From the NCBI RefSeq assembly GCF_009914755.1, contig NC_060941.1: 64,000 nt of DNA; one strand, 5' to 3'. The notes under the pieces were generated by a model, which was not told the DNA's origin, made no database searches, and saw only the letters and a list, made by a program, of their open reading frames with translations. This document shows, one piece after another, positions 20,245 through 36,462 of the stretch. Every line of letters starts with the position of its first letter. Position 1 is the first letter of the stretch. Origin of the DNA: the human T2T-CHM13v2.0 reference genome, Homo sapiens. The translations under genes and the position numbers were made by a program.

Positions 20245-20985
20245 TAGCTTTTTAATCAACACATAATTGTCCATATTTATGGGGTACATAGTGATGTTTT
20301 GATACATATAATGTATAGTGATCTTATCAGGGTAATTAGTGTATCATTTCAAATGTTTATCATTTCTTTGTGTTGGAAACATTCAGTATCCTCCTTCTAG
20401 TTATTTGAAACTATATGTTATTGTTAACTATAGTCATCCTGCAGTGATACAGAACAGTAGAACTTACTCCTTCTATATAGCTGTAATTTAGTATCCTTTA
20501 ACAAATCTCTCTCTATCCCTTTCTTTCTCCTACCCTTCTCAGCCTCTAATATTTTCTGTTCCACTTTTTACTTCCATGAGATCAATTTTTTTTTTTTTAG
20601 CCTCCAAATATGAGTGAGTATATGCGGTGTTTAACTTTCTGTTCCTGGCTTACTTCATATAACATAATGTCTTCCATTTCCACCCATGTTGCCAAGAATG
20701 ACAGGATTTTATTCTTTTTCAGGCTGAATAGTATCTCATTGTGTACATATACCACATTTTCTTTATCTATTATCTATTGTTGGACACAACAACATATGTT
20801 GGTTATTATGTATTTCCATATGTTGGCTATTGTGAATAGTGCTGGAATGAACATGGGGGTACAGATATCTCTGACATACTGATTTCCTTTCCTTTGGATA
20901 AATGCCCAATAGTGTGATTGCTGGATCATATGGTAGTTCTATTTGTAGCTTTTTGAGGAACCTCCATATTGTTCTCCAGATTGGC
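20245..20985 (-). mobile_element. L1MA 3' end fragment
   Basis: catatttatggggtacatagtgatgttttgatac 3' UTR, and the ORF2 C-terminal peptide IWRFLKKLQIELPYDPAITLLGIYPKE. Confidence 0.85.
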
Positions 20986-21026
20986 TGAAAAGCCATTACA
21001 TTTTTAATTTGCATTAGTTATGTCAT

Positions 21027-21466
21027 TGTCAACCTTAAATAATGCGATTCAGAAAGTGTGATTAAGTATAGCGTTTATTCAAGTGCGAAACTTGAGGATA
21101 GCCACATGGGAAACACAGACTTCAAAGAAATCGGGTTAGTGTTCCAAAGTGGGAAAGTTGAGGTTTCACTTATATAGGCAGTTAACAGGGTTGCAACATG
21201 TTTCATACAGGGTCAGTACCTATGTTATGGCAATTTGATTGGTTACAGTTTGCTACGTTTCAAGGAAGATCAGTTCTACATTCTGTGAGAAGGGGTGATG
21301 ATCTGAGGGGATCTTCTCTCTGGTGCCACAAGACCTTTCCTGATCATTTACAGGAAAAAACAGAAGATGCAGCTGCATGCTACATGACTCAGGCCACATA
21401 GCCACCGTCCTTTCAAGGCTCAAAATAATTTAAAGTTACAACAGCTTTAAGTTTAAATTATTTGCA
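21027..21466 (-). mobile_element. 3' LTR of provirus (MER72/LTR56-like, MER4 group; name tentative)
   Basis: tgtcaaccttaaataatg...aaattatttgca. The minus strand has AATAAA (21074-21079) and a TATA-like box (about 21170-21176). It abuts the PPT. Confidence 0.88.
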
Positions 21467-21479
21467 TTTTCCCCTTTTT
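21467..21479 (-). other. Polypurine tract
   Basis: The minus strand reads aaaaaggggaaaa directly before the TG of the 3' LTR. Confidence 0.85.
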
Positions 21480-21699
21480 ATCAAGATCGTTTGAAGAAAC
21501 CATCATAGGTGAACTCAAATGGTTTTGGCTTCTTTTATTTTCAGGAGCTCAGTCTTCCATTGCTAGGAAGGCTTATTACTAGAGAGTCATGTCCCATGGC
21601 AAGGAGAATTTGTCAGACTGTAAAGCAAATAGAGTATAGGCCACATTTAGAGGAAGGAGGTGACTTTGTGACTCAAGTCAGGCTACATAGCTGCATCTT

Positions 21700-23394
<1,695 letters not shown>

Positions 23395-23441
23395 AGGATG
23401 ACCTTCTCCATCTATTATAATTATTAATATTAAGAGTTCAT

Positions 23442-24830
23442 TTAGATACAGGCCTGGTTCAGTGTCTTGGGAAAGCTGACTACCTCAGATGCTGTCTTTT
23501 TCTTCTTCTTGTTGGCTCTGGAGAATTTCAATTTTAGATCACTGGCTTGAGATGAAGTCCAGATTGGCAAAGTGACTTTCTTTAAATGGGTGACGGATAT
23601 CCAAGAATTGATTCCTTTTAGTTTAGCAGCACAAGAGTCAGTTAGATGCACTTGATAAGGTTATTTCACCTTCGTTGGAGGGAGTCCTTTAAAAGATGCT
23701 GTTTCTGGCTGGGCACGGTGGCTCACGCTGGTAATCCCAGCACTTGGGGAGGCTGAGGTGGGTGGATCACTTAAGCCCAGGAGTTTGAGACCAGCCTGGG
23801 CAACATGGCGAAACCTCATCTCTATGAAAAATACAAAAAATTAGCCAGGAATGGTGGCGTGTGCCTGTAGTCCCAGCTACTTTTAGGGGGCTGAGGCAGG
23901 AGAATCACTTGAACTCAGGAGGTTGAGGCTGTAGTGAGCCTAGATTGCACCACTGCACTCCAGCCTGGATGACAAAGTGAGATACTTTAAAAAAAAAATA
24001 CATAAATAAATAAAAGCTGCTGTTTCCAATAGACAAAGACTCCTGGTTGAAGTCCTTGGTCCTTGGGTTCTTTGTCTTCTAGGAGCTTACAGTGGAAACA
24101 CTCTTTTACTCAATTACAGTTTTTAATTAGCTGCCTTACAAGGCCATTACAATAATACAACATATATCCTTTTAATACAATAGATTCACAGTTTCCTGGA
24201 GACAGTTTCATAGGTCTGCCTGTTTCAAACAGAGACAGCCAGTATTTATCAAAAAGGATTGATCTTAGGCTAAGCAAAACCAGTGGAAGGGCTTTTGGCA
24301 AAGGAATTTTAAGAGCCTCAGTTAATTTTGCCAATTTAGTTTTGATTATTCTGTTTGTGTGTTCCACTAACCCAGATTACTGGGGAGCAATATGCATAAT
24401 GGAAATGTTGGAAAATAGGTTAGATTTTATATATTGACTGGATTATTTGTCTGGTAAGATGAGTACCCCTGTTGCTATGAAGTTCTAGAGGAACTCCCCA
24501 ATTTGAAATAATTTTCCCTAAGAATTTTACTTACTGCTAATGCTGTTGCTCTTCTGGATAGAAATGCTTCTATCCTATGAGAAAATGTATAATTCATTAC
24601 TAGAATATACTTGTATCCTTGTGATGGTGGTAGCTGAATAAAATATAATTGTCCTACCTTGAAGGGGCTTTCAGGTAGAGGAAAATGACCTTGATTGCTA
24701 TGTAAAGGTTTCCCTGGATTATATTTTGGGCAGATGTGTCAATGATTGTATATCTATATACCAATCCACAGTTGGGGAAGGCCTCCAATAATACTGTTTT
24801 CCCCAAGTAATCATTTTATTAGGGCCCCAA
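23442..24830 (-). pseudogene. pol integrase remnant (Alu inserted at 23706-24014)
   Basis: PLELHSNRGTHLT, (SG)LVEHTNRIIKTKLAKL...KALPLVLLSLRS...LFETGRPM, and the C-terminal AAKLKGINSWISVTHLKK. Confidence 0.85.
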
Positions 24831-25246
24831 TGAGTTAAATCATGTACATAAGTTCAGAAAGTTGACTGTAATTTGGTTGGAAGTATGGGTCGATCATTTG
24901 GTCCCTACCATAGCCCAGTCTTGGAGGAGTATGTTTTCCCTTTTGTTTCCCAATTTTCTTGTTCTTTTTTGGAGCTTTATGTTGAGCTAATTTTATGTCA
25001 AAATCAAATGCTTTCTTAAAAGCTAAAAAGGGGTTGATTTGCTTATTCAAATACACTTAGAGCAGCCCTTTTTACTATATTATCTGCTAAATGATGTACT
25101 TTGCTTTGTGGAATGTCTGACTTTGAATGGCTTCAGATCTTGATAATGGCTAATGATTTGGGAAATAATATGGCTTCTAATAATTCTGAAGCATGGTGTC
25201 CATTTTTAATGGACTGATCAGAAGAGGTTAAAAATCCTCTTTGTTT

Positions 25247-26222
25247 TCTGGGCATGGTGGCTCACGCCTGTAATCCCAACACTTTGGGAGGCCGAGGCAG
25301 TGAAACACAAGAGTTCCCTTGACCCCTTTGTGAGACTCATGAAGGGGTGGCTTGCTTTCTTAGCGTGCAGCTCTGAGCCCTTCATGGGAGTGGGAGCATG
25401 CAGGTGAGCAGTTGCAGGAGCCAGGGCAAACAAATGCTGGAACGAGCCGGCCACTTCTCTCCAGTGGGAGCAGGTCCTGTGCAGGCCCCACAGCAGGATC
25501 CAAGTGTGTTACAATGCTCTTTTAGCTCTGCCATCTGGAGGGAGTGCCGGCTACCCCTAGAGCCCCAGAGGGCATATCACTAGCTCAGTGGGCTTTTTGC
25601 CTCATTGTGAGGGGCAGCTGCCCTCTGCCAGTGAGGGCAAAGGGCCAGTGTGACAGCCTTTTTGGGTTCCTGCACCCAGTGGTCCTGAAATCTTGTCCAA
25701 TGCCCAAGAGGAATGAGGTCACACAGACTTGAAGGATGGTGAATGCAGAGATTTTATTGAGCAATGGAAGTGGCTCTTAGTGTGCTGGGGTGCTGGAAAG
25801 GGGATGGAGTGGGAAAGTGGTCTTCCCCTGGAGTTCAGGTGTCCCAACCGAACACCTCTCCGACCATCCCCAGCTGAACTCCTCTCTGACTGTAGTCTCT
25901 GATGTTCAGCTACTTCTTCTACTCTGAATGTTCAGGTGCTTCTCTCTTCTGTGTGTCCACTGAGTTTGGGGTCTGGGGTTCTTATGGGCACAGGATAGGG
26001 GGTGTGGTGGGCTAAAAGAGAACATTTAGGTGGGGAAATGGGGATGTGAAGTTCTCATTTAGGGCTGCAGGTCCAGGCTTGAGGGTGGAACCTTTGCCAG
26101 GGACCCCGCCCTTCTATCTAGTATTTCCCTGCCTTCTGTCCATATCAACAGGAGGATCACTTGAGCCCAGGAGTTCAAGACCAGTCTGGGCAACATAGTG
26201 AGACCCTGTCTCAAAAAAAAAA
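25247..26222 (+). mobile_element. FLAM_C-like Alu monomer split by a solo LTR
   Basis: The first part ends gccgaggcag (25300) and the element resumes gaggatcacttgagccc after 26151. TSD aaaat(c/t)ctctttgttt. Confidence 0.88.
25301..26147 (-). mobile_element. Solo LTR, LTR1/LTR27-type (HUERS-P group)
   Basis: The minus strand starts TGATATGGACAGAAGGCAGGGAAATACT...CCACCCTCAAGCCTGG and ends gtgtttca. 4-bp TSD gcag/acag. Confidence 0.82.
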
Positions 26223-26402
26223 AATTCTCTTTGTTTCCATACCACTCCAAAGTCATGAGCTACTCTGACAGCATATCTGCTGCCTGTATAAATATTAGCA
26301 GTTATTTCTTTTGTCCACGACAAGTTCTAACTAATGCTATTAACTCTGCTTGTTGAGCTGAGGTTGCTTTTGGAAGACGAGAACTTTCTGTTTCCTCAGT
26401 TA

Positions 26403-27082
<680 letters not shown>

Positions 27083-27170
27083 TCAAACAACATCAGTGTT
27101 TAGTGAAGGGAATTTCTTGCAGGTCCATCCTATGAGGGAGAAGTTGGTCAGTTAAGATTATGCAATCCTG

Positions 27171-27786
<616 letters not shown>

Positions 27787-27789
27787 GTT

Positions 27790-29380
<1,591 letters not shown>

Positions 29381-29384
29381 AAAA

Positions 29385-30110
29385 TTGTTACTACCAGATG
29401 TTGAAGAATAGCTATATTATTAATTGCTATTAGATTCTGTACAAATTTCTAACCTCTACCATTAGATTTTCTTATGGGAAGGATTAGAGTGTTACAGGGG
29501 CTTGTACAAGGAATAATCAAGCCTCTTTTTATAGAATCCAAAACTACAGCTCTTACTCCCTCCAAGGCCTTCAATCTTAGAGGGTATTGCTTAAGGTTTG
29601 GGACAGGTTTTGATGGATCTATCTGGATTTTGACTGGAGGAGCTAAGATAATTTTCCTCATATCAGTGGAGAATTTTGACTACAGCTAATTAGGCACTAC
29701 TTTTAAGAGCGCTTCTAGTTCTTTATTATTTAACAATTCAGTATCCTCTATGGCAATATAAATTGCAATTAAAAGGATCAGATTTGGAAAAATTTTTGTA
29801 TCTCACAATTTTGTTTTACCTTCTAATTCTAAATACACTTCCCCCTTTTGAGAAGAGTATGGCTATTATATAATTTAAAACATTTCTCCTTATCAAATGC
29901 ATGGGGGCTGAGGGAACTAAGAGGAAAACATGTGTTCCCTCTAGGGAACCTAACTGAAAAACTATAGGTTGAGATTGATATGCTGTTATAGGAGTATTTG
30001 TTACACCCACCATCTGTAATGGTTTTTGACTCCAAGGAATAAGACTCTGTAAGAAGGTGGGATTTATTATTGATAATGCAGCTCTGGTGTCATTAAGAGC
30101 TTGTGTTTGG
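29385..30110 (-). pseudogene. Protease and RT N-terminal remnants
   Basis: ALNDTRAALS (degenerate DTG)...HLIRRNVL, then PPVKIQIDPSKPVPNLKQYPL...GLIIPCTSPCNTLILPIRKSNGRG. Confidence 0.88.
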
Positions 30111-31354
30111 GGCCAGGCGCAGTGGTTCATGTCTATAATCCCAGCACTTTGGGATGCCAAGATGGGTCGACTGCTTGAGTTCAAGAGTTTAAGACCAGCC
30201 TGGGCAGCAAGGCAAAACCCTGTCTCTACAAAACATACAAAAATCAGCCAGCCATGGTGGTGCACACCTGCAGTCCCAGCAACTCAGGAGGCTCAGGCTT
30301 GAGTTAGGGAGGCAGAGGTTGCAGTGAGCCAAGATTGCACTACTGCAATTCAGCCTGGGTGACAGAATGAGACCCTGTCTCAATACAAAACAAAAACAAA
30401 AACAACGTAGGCCCTCGCTAACAATATTTTTCAAAAAAAAATTTTTTTTAATTTTTAAAGAGCTTGGTTTGTTTTCCATTTAAAGTTATTTCAGTTACTC
30501 CTAAGGTATTAGTGAGAAGAGGGAAGTTCCCTCTTTTGATTTCCTCAGGGCACTCCTATTCTTCCTTTTCTTTGGACTGTTTTCATTCTTTCCATTTTAA
30601 TTTTCTACAATCCTTTTTGAAATGTCCAGGCTTTTTTTTTTTTTTTGCAGTCATTGCAATGCAGGAGATTGGGTCAGTTTTGGAGTTTAAAAAGGCTTTT
30701 TAGGGGTTTTAATTGGTTGGACAATTGTTTTAATTGTAAACTCATAACCTTATTTGGTTTTCTTCCCTGTTTAACTTCTCTTTCCTTTTCTTCCTTGGTT
30801 AGGGTATGGGACCTAGGTCCCATAGGGTATGGGTACGTTCAGCAAAATAAACTAGATAATGAGTTTGAGGATAACTAACTGGTGCATTGTTTCTTTATTA
30901 TAATTGCTAATTCTTAATCTAATCCATTTATAAAGTTTAAGTTACAAGGCCAGGCACTATGGCTCACATCTGTAATCCCAGCACTTTGGGAGGCCAAGGT
31001 GGGCAGATCACCTGAGGTCAAGAGTTTAAGACCAGCCTGGCCAACACAGCAAAACCTTGTCTTTACTAAAAATACAAAAAAAATTAGCCAGGCATGGTGG
31101 CGTGTACCTGTAGTCCCAGCTACTCAGGAGGCTGAAGCATGAGAATCACTTGAACCCGGGAGGCAGAGATTGTGGTGAGCCAAGATTGTGCCATTGCACA
31201 CCAGCCTGGGTGACAGAGTGGGACTCCGTCTCAACAACAAAAGTTTAAGTTATAGGAAGTATCATTTTGGTGGTTAGTATAACTTTATTCTGATAGGCCT
31301 GAATATTTTTTAATGTTTTTTCCCCAAATCTTTCATAGTGTGACATCAAAGGCT

Positions 31355-31774
31355 TGATATAGTTTGGATATTTGTCCTGTCCGAATTTCATGTTGAAATT
31401 TGATCCCCAGCGTTGGAGGGACCTAGTGGGAGATGTTTGGCTCATGGGGGCAGATCATTCGTGAGTGGCTTGGTGCCATCCTCACAGTAATGAATGAGTT
31501 CTCATTCTATTGGTTCCCATGAGAGCTGATTGTTAAAAAGAGCCTGGCACCTCCCCTCAATTTCTTCCTCTCTTGCCATGTGATCTCTGCACACCAGCTC
31601 CCCTTCTCCTTCTGCCATGGGTGGAAGCAGCTGGAGGCCTTCACCAGAGGCAAATGCTGGCACCATGCTTCTTCTTGTACAGTCTTCAGAATTGTGAACC
31701 AAATAAACCTCTTTTCTTATAAATTACCCAGTCTCAGGTATTCCTTTATAGCAACACAAAGACAGACTAAGACA
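31355..31774 (+). mobile_element. MaLR solo LTR (MSTB-like) inside gag
   Basis: tgatatagtttggatatttgtcc ... gcaacacaaagacagactaagaca with a perfect 5-bp TSD aggct. Confidence 0.9.
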
Positions 31775-32409
31775 AGGCTCATGAAAATTTTGTTGATGTT
31801 GTATTTTGTTCCAATCAACCACTTTTTGAAAAACTAAGGGGATAGCATCTAGTAAAGCTTTGGCAGTGTTGCAGGCCCATTCACAATCTGCTTCAGAACA
31901 TTTATGGAAGTTCTCTGAAGAATTTCTCTAATGTGCCTTTGCTATCCTATTTGGCTTTATCAAAGATGAACGAATTGATATAAGTCAGAGAATCTGGGAT
32001 TGAAAGTTTGAATGTTTAATTCAAATTCTCTAGCAAATCCAATAGAATCCTGAAGAGGATTAGGAAATTATTTAATTATGCCTTTAAGTTCTACCTTTGA
32101 GCATGGTTGATAAATCAAGCAGGTTCTCTTCTACTAGACACACAGGGTATTCCCTAAATGGAGCCAGTACAGCATCTGGAGGAGGAGGAGGAGGAAGGGA
32201 AGGTAGTCTGATAGACAAGGAAGTTCTGACAATGAGGGACAAAGAGAAGAAGGAGCTGAAGGAGAAGAAGAAATGTCAGGGTTTTTCAATTCAAAATTAT
32301 TTTAGACAATTTTTTCATTTCCTCTTTCAAAGAAATGGCTTTATCAGAAAGCTTCTAAGTACCATTGAAAATAGCTCTCCCAGTTATTTTGTTTTATTTT
32401 AGAGCCAGC

Positions 32410-32680
32410 TTTTATTTTGGATTCAGGGGGTACCTGTGTATGTTTGTTATATGGGTATATTGTGTGATGCTGAGGTTTGTGGGTACAAAGGATCCCATTA
32501 CCCAGGTAGTGAGCATAGTACCCAATATGTAGTTTTTTAGCCCTTGCCCACCCCCAAGTAGTTCCCAGTGTTAATTTTCCTTCTGTTATGTCCATGTGTA
32601 CCGATGCTTAGCTCCCACTTATAAGTGAGAACATGCAGTATTTGGTTTTCTGTTCCTGTGTTAATTCACTTAGGATAATG
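32410..32680 (-). mobile_element. Short 3' end of an older L1PA (about PA13-16) inside gag
   Basis: ggattcagggggtacctgtg...cccaggtagtgagcatagtacccaata...gctcccacttataagtgagaacatgcagtatttgg. Confidence 0.85.
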
Positions 32681-34073
32681 AGAGCTGGATTTTTAAAAAT
32701 TGAGTATGCAGAGAAACTAGTTTAGGTATTTCAAAGGTACCCCCATTTTGGCCACTGTAATTTGGGGTCATTGCAAATTATGCATGACTAATTTTCTAAA
32801 TATTTACATGAAGATGTGCCGTAAGTATTAAACATGAATCCAGCTTACGTTTCTAGTGGTGGATCTCTTCTTCAGGAGGAATACTTGGTTTTAGATGCAT
32901 GATTACCCAGACTTTAGATTTTCCTCTTGAATGACCAAACAACTTAGATAGGAGATATTTTGGATTAAGTGTGCCGCCTGTGGGAATAGCCCCTCAAGGT
33001 GTCACCCTTGTGTTGGTTTTTCCCTTTTATGTGTCTTGGTGATCCCAAGAGGCTTGGGTGCTTAAGGCAGTAGGTGATCAGCTGTTATGTGTGTTCATTT
33101 AACTTTATGGTTTTTGTTTGTTTGTTTTGCTCTGTCACCCAGGCTAGAGTGCAGTGGTGTGATTACAGCTCACTGCAGCCTCGAATTCCTGGTCTCAAGT
33201 GATCCTCCCTTATTTCAGCCTCCCAAGTAGCTGGGACTACAGGTGCACACCACCACATCTGGCTAATTTCTTATATATTTTTTGTAGAGATGGAGTCTCA
33301 CTGTGTTGCCCAGGTTAGTCCTAAACTCCTGGGTTCAAGTGATCCTTCTGCCTTGGCCTCCCAAAGTGCTGGGATTATAGGCATTGAGCCTCCGTGCCTG
33401 GCTCTGTATGCTCTTCTTAAGGGTTTTCCTGTAAGACTGTTTCATGTCATGAACAATGAGCTCCAACACTCCCACAAAGACCTCGGTAGCCTAAGGTGCC
33501 TTTCAGTTGGCAAGAACAGTGTCTCTCATCTTTGGGACTTATTTTGTCCTCATAAAGAGCCTTTTGTAGTTTTAATTACTCAAGAAGAAACTTTAGGCCA
33601 GGCACAGTGGCTCACACCTGTAATCTCAGCACTTTGGGAGGCTGAGATGGGTGGATTGCTTGAGCCTAGGAGTTTGAGATCAGACTGGACAATATGGCAA
33701 AACTCCGTCTCTACAAACAATACAAAAAATTAGCCAGGTGTGGGGACGCACACCTGTAGTTCCACCTATTTGGGAGACTGAGGTGAGTGAATCATTTGGA
33801 CCTCGGAAGTTGAGGCTTCAGTGAGCCATGATCATCGATACTGCACTCCAGCCTGGGCAACAAAGGGAGACCCTGTCTCAAAAAAAAAAAAAAGAAGAAG
33901 AAGAAGAATATTTATATTTGTCAGTTGTCAGTTGAACTGAGCTTCAGAATCTGGTTAGTTTTAAAGATTACAAATTTTGCTTAAGTCACAAAGATTCATT
34001 TCCTCTTTTCAAAGATAAACTGTTTTCTCCCTGACCAAAGTTTCAAATGAGATAAAAAGTTATAGAAATGCTA

Positions 34074-34426
<353 letters not shown>

Positions 34427-34559
34427 TCAGACCCTGAGAGATGCCTTACTAGATATTTCCATTAACTTCAGCAAGATTGGGTGAATGAAAGTAATTTGTG
34501 TTGGTAGCAGCGTTCCAGTTGTCAGCAAAGTGACAGATATCACTGGAGGTCTGCTTTGA

Positions 34560-34577
34560 GTCCCTTCATGGTGACCA
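34560..34577 (-). promoter_or_regulatory. Primer-binding site, tRNA-Arg type
   Basis: The minus strand reads TGGTCACCATGAAGGGAC 3 nt after the LTR's CA. It resembles the Arg PBS TGGCGACCACGAAGGGAC with 3 differences. Confidence 0.8.
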
Positions 34578-34580
34578 AAA

Positions 34581-35162
34581 TGTCAACCTTAAATAATGAG
34601 ATTCAGAAAATATGATAAAATATAGGGTTTATTTAAACACAAAGTATGATCTGATCACTGTCCATTTGTTTTTGTGGGCTGGTTGCTGAAGGGTCAGAGT
34701 TCTGTCTTCATGTATAGTCTGGTCATTGTCCATTTGTATATCCTCCAGTCCCTTGCTACTAAAAACAAAAATGACAGCCACCTGGGAAACACAGACCCCA
34801 AACACGTGGGAGCAAGTGTTCCAAAGTGGGGAAGTTGAGTTTCCATTTATATAGGCAGTTAACAGGGTTGTAACATTTTTCCATACAAGGTCAGTCCATA
34901 TGTTATATGTTATAGTTTGTTACATTTCAAGGAAGTGATTGGTTACAGTTTGTTACATTTCAAGGAAGACTGCCTTAACATTCAGTGATCGGGGTGATAA
35001 TTTGAAGAGATCTTGAGCTACAAGGCTTTTCCTAGTCATTTACAGTAAAAGCAGAACTTGCAGCGGCATGCTACTGGCTCAGGTCATAGAACCACATTCC
35101 TCTCAAGGCTCAAAATTATCTAAAATTCTGCCAGCTTTAAATTTGAATTACTCAGTTTCACA
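34581..35162 (-). mobile_element. 5' LTR of provirus, with a ~130-bp foreign insert and a 27-bp duplication
   Basis: Colinear with 21027-21466. It starts TGTGAAA on the minus strand and is adjacent to the PBS. Confidence 0.88.
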
Positions 35163-35596
35163 CCATCATAGGCCTAAGCTCACATTTTATTCAAAACAAC
35201 TTCAATGTAGTATAGATAAATTTTCATAACTCTTTGTAAGTTGATATGATTTATCTCTTTAATATTAACGAAATTTAGGAATTACCTTCTGATGTTTGCT
35301 GCATATATATGCACAGATTGATGGCAAATATTTTATTGCACTATTTAGTTCTGTATTATACTATCAACATTACTGTTTTTCTAAAATAAAGCAGAATCTT
35401 TTCTTTGTTTTAAAATGATCTCAGTTCCCAAGGAAGAAACTACACCAATTTGAGTCTGAAATATCAAACATTGAAGAATACAAAATTTATTTTCTAAGCA
35501 GTGAAAAACCATGTATCTAATGAAGCAAGTTGGTTCAGATGGTGTAGCTGGCAAACAGGACAAGAGCTACGTAGAGGTAGCAAGACTGAAACTTGA

Positions 35597-35964
<368 letters not shown>

Positions 35965-36001
35965 TAGTGTTAATTTTCTTTTTGCATGATTTTTACACTA
36001 C

Positions 36002-36462
36002 TATGAAAATAAGCAAAGTCCACCCAAATGAGAACCAACAGAATTCATTTATTGAAATCTTGCTATAACAAGGAAGTCAGCCAACATCGCTTTCGTTGGG
36101 CAGACTCAAAAACGAGTAGGCAAGTTTTATAGTGAAAAAAATACGTTAAGGTATGATCTAATTGGAGGTTGTTGGCATGGAGAAGTTGAAGGCCAGCTAT
36201 CTAAAAGCAGAGCATCTTAGGGAATTAATTCAGGAAACATAGTTGGCTTTCTGTGGTTGGCCTTGAGTTGAAATCATGCAGGGGTTGGGGCACAAAAATA
36301 GAGAAGCTGGTAGTCATTGATCAAATCCTCGCTGTCCTGGGGTGATTGCTGCCAAGATTGTAATTTGGATTTGCAGGCTGGTTGCTGAAGAGATTGTAGG
36401 TCAGAGTTCTATCTTCATGTATGGTCTGGTCATTGTCCATTTATATATCTTCTAATCTCTCA
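36002..36462 (-). mobile_element. Solo LTR (MER90-like; name tentative)
   Basis: The minus strand begins TGAGAGA...aaatggacaatgaccagaccata...agaactctgacc. 4-bp TSD ctac at 35998-36001 and 36463-36466. Confidence 0.7.

Larger units (their letters stand above)
30540..32910 (-). pseudogene. gag remnant (MA to NC), interrupted by Alu, MST LTR and an L1 fragment
   Basis: MA-like AGFMFNTYG...PKLQWPKWGTFEIPKL (about 32715-32845), a Pro-rich tract (about 32180-32200) and the zinc knuckle C-N-D-C-K-K-P-G-H-F-K-K-D-C (about 30607-30658). Confidence 0.75.

Noticed and set aside
34558-34577. tRNA-Arg 3'-end-like sequence
   Set aside because: Only about 18-20 nt directly adjacent to an LTR. It is a PBS, not a tRNA gene.
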